Assembly: GCA_903847585.1 (NCBI GenBank)
Contig: CAINEC010000193.1
Coordinates: forward strand, 52,507-116,506
Length of the DNA stretch: 64,000 bases
Source of the DNA: an uncultured Bacteroidota bacterium
GTDB lineage: Bacteria; Bacteroidota; Bacteroidia; AKYH767-A; OLB10
Direction of reading: 5' to 3'
The translations under genes were made by a program, and so were the position numbers. The notes below the pieces were generated by a model. That model did not search any database, had not been told where the DNA came from, and was given only the letters and a program-made list of their open reading frames with translations. Positions 58,112 through 64,000 of this stretch are shown here, one piece after another (position 1 is the stretch's first letter; each line of letters opens with the position of its first letter).

Positions 58112-60180
58112 TATATCTCTAGTTTCATTTGTGACTTATCATCTTTAGTTGGAGGTAAAAACAAATCAGGTTGTTTCTTTCTTAATTGTGTTACCTGATC
58201 AGCACTTGCTTCCACCACTTTTAAAATCGGGAATTTAGTCACAACATTACCTTGCACACCTCTTCCTTTTATCAATTGACTTCCGAAATAAATTACAGAC
58301 TCTAAATTTCTCAACTTTGGTTTTGGTTTCAACTTCACAATTACTGTTGGACCATCATTCGGCGTGCTTACTGAAAGATAAAGAATACGTGACCCTAATA
58401 GTCCTTTCGTAAGATCATAGGCTTTATCACGGGTAACACCACCAATGGTAAAACGCTTCATCATGATAGCACCTTTAGAACCATCTTGATAAATCAAATT
58501 ATAAACGGTGTTCTCGTCCTGATCCTTTTTAAATACAGTAACGTGAATAATATCTTTTCCTATGTACGACTTATCAGACACTTTCGTCACCATCACTTTA
58601 CCATCTGAAGTAAACGCTATAACGTCATCTATATCCGAACAGTCAGCAACAAACTCATCTTTCTTTAGTCCGATACCTACGAAGCCTTCAGCACGATTAA
58701 CATAAAGCTTTGCATTATTGATAACTACTTTAGAAGCTACGATTGTTTCGAATTCGCTGATTTGTGTTTTACGCTCTCTGCCCTTTCCGTATTTCTTTAG
58801 TAAGTTCTTATAGAAATTAATTGTGTAGTTCTTGATATTATCAAGATCGTACTTCACTGCTTTAATTTCATCTTCCAAACCTTTGATATGTTCATCAGCT
58901 TTGAAAGCATCAAACTTAGAAATACGCTTAATTTTAATTTCTGTCAAGCGAACTACATCTTCATCAGTAATATCACGATAGAACATTTTCTTATAAGGTT
59001 TTAATCCCTTATGAATTGTTTCCATCACTGCTTCCCAAGTCTCACAATCTTCGATATTACGATAGATTTTCTTCTCGATGAAAATCTTTTCTAACGAGCT
59101 AAAATGCCAGTTCTCTTCTAATTCTCCGAGGCGAATTTGCAATTCACGCTTTAACAACTCCATTGTATTAAGAGCTGTGAGACGTAAAATTTCATTCACC
59201 GATAAAAACTGTGGCTTGCCATCAAGGATAACGCAGGAGTTAGGTGAGATACTTACTTCACAATCTGTGAATGCATATAAAGCTTCAATTGTTTTATCGA
59301 TATCTTCGGATGAATCAGGATGAAGGTGAATAACAACTTCTACGTTAGCAGCTGTATTATCTTCAACTTTTTTGATTTTAATTTTACCCTTTTCATTTGC
59401 TGCAAGAATCGAATCAATCAAGCTTGACGTTGTTGTACCAAAAGGAATTTCTTTGACAACGAGTGTCTTTTTATCTTTCTTCTCGATGACAGCACGAACA
59501 CGAATTTTACCTCCTCTTAAACCATCATTGTACTTAGAAAAATCGGCAATACCACCTGTTGGGAAATCAGGAACAAGATCTACTTTTTTACCACGTAAAG
59601 AATCGATTGAAGCTTCAATCAATTCGATGAAGTTGTGAGGTAAAATTTTACAAGCTAATCCAACTGCAATCCCTTCAACACCTAATGCAAGTAACAAAGG
59701 AAATTTAACTGGTAATGCAACAGGCTCTTTATTTCTACCATCATAAGAAGATTGCCATATTGTTGTTTTAGGATTATATAAAACTTCTAAAGCAAACTTA
59801 CTCAAACGAGCTTCAATGTAACGAGAAGCAGCTGCACTATCACCAGTAAAAATATTTCCCCAGTTTCCCTGCGTATCGATTAATAAATTCTTTTGTCCTA
59901 TTTGCACTAGTGCATCACCGATAGAAACATCACCATGCGGATGATACTTCATCGTATGTCCGATGATATTCGCTACCTTATTATAACGACCATCTTCTAA
60001 CTCCCACATTGCATGCAACACTCTTCGTTGAACAGGTTTAACACCGTCATCGAGATAAGGCACTGCACGCTCCATGATTACATAAGAAGCATAATCTAAA
60101 AACCAATTCTGGTACATGGTTCCTACCTGACCATGTTGTTCATCTCTTTTATCTTTCGAATTATCCAAATCTTTCTGCAT
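58111..60180 (-). CDS. parC: Type IIA topoisomerase subunit A, probably topoisomerase IV ParC (no GyrA box; 689 aa).
   Basis: VLHAMWELEDGRYNKVANIIGHTMKYHPHGD and a short C-terminal domain; adjacent to the B subunit. Confidence 0.75.
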   Translation of the reverse strand: MQKDLDNSKDKRDEQHGQVGTMYQNWFLDYASYVIMERAVPYLDDGVKPVQRRVLHAMWELEDGRYNKVANIIGHTMKYHPHGDVSIGDALVQIGQKNLLIDTQGNWGNIFTGDSAAASRYIEARLSKFALEVLYNPKTTIWQSSYDGRNKEPVALPVKFPLLLALGVEGIAVGLACKILPHNFIELIEASIDSLRGKKVDLVPDFPTGGIADFSKYNDGLRGGKIRVRAVIEKKDKKTLVVKEIPFGTTTSSLIDSILAANEKGKIKIKKVEDNTAANVEVVIHLHPDSSEDIDKTIEALYAFTDCEVSISPNSCVILDGKPQFLSVNEILRLTALNTMELLKRELQIRLGELEENWHFSSLEKIFIEKKIYRNIEDCETWEAVMETIHKGLKPYKKMFYRDITDEDVVRLTEIKIKRISKFDAFKADEHIKGLEDEIKAVKYDLDNIKNYTINFYKNLLKKYGKGRERKTQISEFETIVASKVVINNAKLYVNRAEGFVGIGLKKDEFVADCSDIDDVIAFTSDGKVMVTKVSDKSYIGKDIIHVTVFKKDQDENTVYNLIYQDGSKGAIMMKRFTIGGVTRDKAYDLTKGLLGSRILYLSVSTPNDGPTVIVKLKPKPKLRNLESVIYFGSQLIKGRGVQGNVVTKFPILKVVEASADQVTQLRKKQPDLFLPPTKDDKSQMKLEI

Positions 60181-60191
60181 TTTTAAAAATA

Positions 60192-62093
60192 TTATTCAGC
60201 CGTTTCTAGTTCAACATTTTCTTTTTCTTCTAATGGCTCTAATTCTTCTTCTATACGAAGATTACTTATAATAAACTCCTGACGATCGGGAGTATTTTTA
60301 CCCATGTAATAATCTAACAAGCTATGCAATGATGATTCACCTTGCAAAGTAACAGGGTCGAGACGAATTTTCTTTCCAATAAAGTTCTTAAACTCATCAG
60401 GAGAAATTTCTCCGAGTCCCTTAAATCGTGTAATCTCTGGTTTCGCACCCAACTTTTGAATAGCCAGCTGACGTTCCATATCACTGTAACAATAAATAGT
60501 TTCTTTTTTATTACGCACACGGAATAACGGCGTTTGTAAAATGTAAACGTGATTATTCTTTACTAATTCAGGGAAGAACTGTAAGAAGAAAGTGAGTAGC
60601 AACAAACGAATATGCATACCATCCACATCGGCATCGGTTGCAATTACAATTCTGTTGTAACGTAACGTTTCTAAACCATCTTCAATGTTAAGTGCATTCT
60701 GTAAAAGGTTAAACTCTTCGTTTTCGTAAACAATCTTTTTTGTTAATCCGAAACAATTAAGCGGCTTTCCTTTCAAGCTAAACACCGCTTGCGTATTTAC
60801 ATCACGTGCAATCGTAATAGAACCAGAAGCTGAATCACCCTCGGTAATAAATAACGTAGTATTCATTCTTTCGGGGTTACGCATATCCGTTAGATGTGCA
60901 CGACAATCGCGAAGTTTTTTATTATGAAGGTTTGCTTTCTTCGCTCTTTCGTTTGCGAGCTTTTTAATTCCAGCTATTTCTTTTCTTTCTCTTTCACTTT
61001 GAAGAATCTTCTTCTTCCAAGCTTCAGCTGTTTCAGGATGCTTATGTAAATAATTATCTAATTGATTACTTACAAAGTCAACGATCCACGTTCGAAGTGA
61101 TGGTCCACCTGGATGCGTATTTTGAGAACCTAATTTTGTTTTTGTTTGCGATTCAAACACGGGCTCTTGAATACGCACGCTGATTGCACCGGTAATTGAC
61201 GTACGAACATCTGCAGGATCAAAATCTTTTCCGTAGAAGTCGCGTGCTGTTTTTACCAATGCCTCGCGGAAAGCTGCTAAGTGAGTACCACCTTGTGTTG
61301 TATGTTGTCCGTTAACGAATGAATAATAATCTTCTCCGTAAGCAGTTGTATGCGTAAACGCAATCTCAATGTCCTTCGAACGTAAATGAATGACAGGATA
61401 TAATGGTTCATCGCTGATATGCGTATTCAACAAATCAAGTAATCCATTTTCCGATCTGAATTCTTGTCCGTTAAAAACGATTGTTAAACCAACATTCAAA
61501 AACGTATAGTTACGCACCATCGTTTCGATGTAATCCATGCGATAATGGTAATCCGTAAAAATATCACCATCACAATCGAATGATACTTCAGTACCATCTG
61601 ATAAATCAGTTGGCAATTCATGTTTCGTTTTTGTCAACTCTCCTCTCTCGAATTCTGCCCATGTTGTTTTACCCTGACGAACCGCTTGCACTCTGAAATA
61701 AGAAGAAAGGGCATTAACGGCTTTCGTACCTACTCCATTCAAACCAACCGACTTTTGGAAAGCCTGACTATCGTATTTACCACCTGTATTAATTTTTGAA
61801 ACGCACTCTACTACTTTTCCCAGGGGAATTCCACGACCATAATCACGAACACGGCAACGGCCTTCTTTTACTTCAATTTCAATCTTTTTACCATACCCCA
61901 TCACATATTCATCGATACAATTATCAACTACCTCTTTCAACAAAACATAGATACCATCATCTTTACTTGAACCATCACCTAACTTACCGATATACATTCC
62001 AGGACGTAAGCGGATGTGTTGCTTCCAGTCAAGACTTTGGATACTATCTTCGGTATAATTATGGTCAATAGTTAATTCGTTCTTTTTCGCCAT
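60192..62093 (-). CDS. parE: Type IIA topoisomerase subunit B, probably topoisomerase IV ParE.
   Basis: GHKL ATPase motifs ([13 protein letters not shown]), a Toprim domain ([18 protein letters not shown]); 633 aa. Confidence 0.8.
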   Translation of the reverse strand: MAKKNELTIDHNYTEDSIQSLDWKQHIRLRPGMYIGKLGDGSSKDDGIYVLLKEVVDNCIDEYVMGYGKKIEIEVKEGRCRVRDYGRGIPLGKVVECVSKINTGGKYDSQAFQKSVGLNGVGTKAVNALSSYFRVQAVRQGKTTWAEFERGELTKTKHELPTDLSDGTEVSFDCDGDIFTDYHYRMDYIETMVRNYTFLNVGLTIVFNGQEFRSENGLLDLLNTHISDEPLYPVIHLRSKDIEIAFTHTTAYGEDYYSFVNGQHTTQGGTHLAAFREALVKTARDFYGKDFDPADVRTSITGAISVRIQEPVFESQTKTKLGSQNTHPGGPSLRTWIVDFVSNQLDNYLHKHPETAEAWKKKILQSERERKEIAGIKKLANERAKKANLHNKKLRDCRAHLTDMRNPERMNTTLFITEGDSASGSITIARDVNTQAVFSLKGKPLNCFGLTKKIVYENEEFNLLQNALNIEDGLETLRYNRIVIATDADVDGMHIRLLLLTFFLQFFPELVKNNHVYILQTPLFRVRNKKETIYCYSDMERQLAIQKLGAKPEITRFKGLGEISPDEFKNFIGKKIRLDPVTLQGESSLHSLLDYYMGKNTPDRQEFIISNLRIEEELEPLEEKENVELETAE

Positions 62094-62289
62094 CTTAAAT
62101 CTTCAATTAAAATTAATTTTTGCAAAGGTCGTAAACTAACACGACACGCGTCTCAAATTTAGCAATTCCTCAAGGGGAAGTTACTAACCAAAACAGTAGT
62201 TTTTTAACATTATTGTTGTGAGAAAGCAGAATTTTTCCTGATTAAAAGGGGTAAATGATTGTGATACTACCAATCGAAATAAAGAAGCT

Positions 62290-63981
62290 TTACTCCACTA
62301 TTTCAAGGGGCTCAATCACTTCTAATGAATCGATTACCAAGGTATCAGGAGGCATGAGATAATTTTTGCATGCCTGCGAAAAATGCATCGGAAGGAAATT
62401 GGTATCCACCTCTGCCGCAGCTATTTTCTCACGCGTAACCAAACGATTAGCAATCATTTTATAATAGTTCTTCATCGAATTCGAGAAAGCACCTGTAGAG
62501 TCGAATGCCGATTTATAATATTTAGGATGAGGAATAATGCTTGAAAGGAAACACGATTCCTGTAAGTTTAGCGCTGATGCTGGCTTTTCGAAGTAATAAT
62601 TCGAGGCTTCACCAATACCATAAACATTTGGTCCCCACTCGATAATATTCAAATAGACCTCAAACATTCTTTCTTTTGAAACCAATCGATTACGCTCTAT
62701 GAGCCATACAATCAAAACCTCTTCAAGCTTACGTGCAATTGTTTTATTACGACTCAAGAAAACATTTTTGACAAGCTGCATAGAGATAGTACTACCGCCG
62801 CGCACGAATCTACCCTTCTTAAAATTGGTAGCAATTGATTGTTTAAAGGCTTCCTCTACAAATCCACCATGATTGAAGAAACTAGGATCTTCGGATGTAA
62901 GTACACAGTTTTGAAGATAAGGAGAGATGCCAGCAAGCGGAACAAAACTCGGATTTTCAGGTCCAACGAGAAAAGAACGAACAGGTCGACTTCCATCCAT
63001 AGCTGTGAACGAAAACGAAGTATTCATTTTTGTAAATCCGCCATTACCCCAACTCGTTACACTAAATTTACTAGGTGTAAGTTTCGAATCAAAGTCGAGT
63101 AAGTCTGGCTTATCGAAAGGCAAGTGAAAGCGTAACGAATAGGCTAATCCCCCATTCGCTTTAAAGCCTACAAACGAGGAGAACATTCCCGAAGGCAATG
63201 CATCAAATAGTGACTGAGCCTGAGGAGCATCGAAGCCTGCGTTTAATGTCAAATAACCTTTTTTACCTCTAGCATATGTTGTCTGAAAATTCACTAACAG
63301 TTTATTGACTGAAAAGAATGTTGGACTAGCGGTATAGACACTATCCTCTGAAAAGTTTAAATTGAATTGCGCCGCCATTGCAGGAATAACTACGTTTTCG
63401 GGTGAAATTCTCCAATGATTAACGAGGAAATTATCCATTGAAAAAATAACAGAGAATGGAACATTATTTTCACTGATATCTGCTTTTAATTTAATATTGG
63501 CTTTATCGAAACAAAATTTAAATCCGTCATACAAATCAACAAACGGTAATGCAACAACGTTAGATGACTTACGCACCATTGAAAAATCATACTCCCCTTC
63601 TGATGCATTAGCTGTACCAACAATTTGCCAATCCGATTTTCCTTCTTTGGAATTCATTACCAATGAAGAATTAAATTTCTCTCCATCAAAATTCAGCAAT
63701 GGTAAATCAAGTGATTCAACAACATCGTTTTTCTGATAGGATAAATGAAAATTTTCTAAAGTGATTTCCTCATTAAACAAATCATTAATCTTTTCATAAA
63801 CAGAAGCAAAGCGTTCATTGAGTCCTATTGAATTATCTTTTACTGACTGATCTTCTTTTTTACTATCACTTTTCAAAAAGATAGAATAATTATCGATTGA
63901 ATCTTTTTTGACTAAAGTAATGGATACTCCTTGCGCTACCAATGAACGAGTTGTTACTTTACCAACTAACAATTTCGACAA
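62290..63981 (-). CDS. GT51 peptidoglycan transglycosylase domain protein with the GT51 domain at the C-terminus. The N-terminus possibly extends beyond the window edge.
   Basis: EDPSFFNHGGF, RGGSTISMQLVKN, RKLEEVLIVWLIERNRLVSKERMFEVYLNIIEWGPNVYGIGEASNYYF are GT51 motifs; no TM helix at the annotated N-terminus. Confidence 0.55.
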   Translation of the reverse strand: MSKLLVGKVTTRSLVAQGVSITLVKKDSIDNYSIFLKSDSKKEDQSVKDNSIGLNERFASVYEKINDLFNEEITLENFHLSYQKNDVVESLDLPLLNFDGEKFNSSLVMNSKEGKSDWQIVGTANASEGEYDFSMVRKSSNVVALPFVDLYDGFKFCFDKANIKLKADISENNVPFSVIFSMDNFLVNHWRISPENVVIPAMAAQFNLNFSEDSVYTASPTFFSVNKLLVNFQTTYARGKKGYLTLNAGFDAPQAQSLFDALPSGMFSSFVGFKANGGLAYSLRFHLPFDKPDLLDFDSKLTPSKFSVTSWGNGGFTKMNTSFSFTAMDGSRPVRSFLVGPENPSFVPLAGISPYLQNCVLTSEDPSFFNHGGFVEEAFKQSIATNFKKGRFVRGGSTISMQLVKNVFLSRNKTIARKLEEVLIVWLIERNRLVSKERMFEVYLNIIEWGPNVYGIGEASNYYFEKPASALNLQESCFLSSIIPHPKYYKSAFDSTGAFSNSMKNYYKMIANRLVTREKIAAAEVDTNFLPMHFSQACKNYLMPPDTLVIDSLEVIEPLEIVE

Positions 63982-64000
63982 TCTGATTTTCGCACTTAGA

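Overview
The window looks like a low-GC (about one third GC) Bacteroidota chromosome segment, read from sequence alone; the phylum call rests on T9SS C-terminal sorting domains, exosortase XrtF, FISUMP, a fused 2-oxoacid dehydrogenase E1 and a Bacteroidetes-type TAnnTTTG promoter element. It mixes housekeeping genes (dnaK, gcvT, tsaD, parE-parC, tamB, a fused BCKDH E1, a tRNA-CAU) with a long accessory stretch of cell-envelope genes. That stretch holds two CotH-like kinase-fold proteins, a phosphodiester glycosidase, a GDPD interrupted by an in-frame TGA, LTA-synthase-like, CapA, acyltransferase-3, glucosaminidase, two M15 D-Ala-D-Ala peptidases, SH3b, LysM, transglutaminase-like and FISUMP proteins, an LPS/EPS sugar-nucleotide cluster, and two giant paralogous adhesins. 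The most notable locus is an exosortase XrtF plus XrtF-associated gene pair preceded by its own promoter, a 59-aa mini-ORF (signal peptide, short motif, TM helix, Lys/Arg tail) and a strong terminator; XrtF has no identified substrate as far as I recall, so this is a candidate cognate. Other oddities: one 1105-aa ORF concatenates CotH, a TM helix, a lipobox-like segment, a dual-specificity-phosphatase-like fold with Arg to Gln in the P-loop, and LysM. There is also a G10-CG-C5 palindrome in a convergent intergenic gap, and a TGTCATA inverted repeat upstream of dnaK. No CRISPR array, transposase or integrase was recognised. All product calls are motif-level from the supplied translations; no database search was run.
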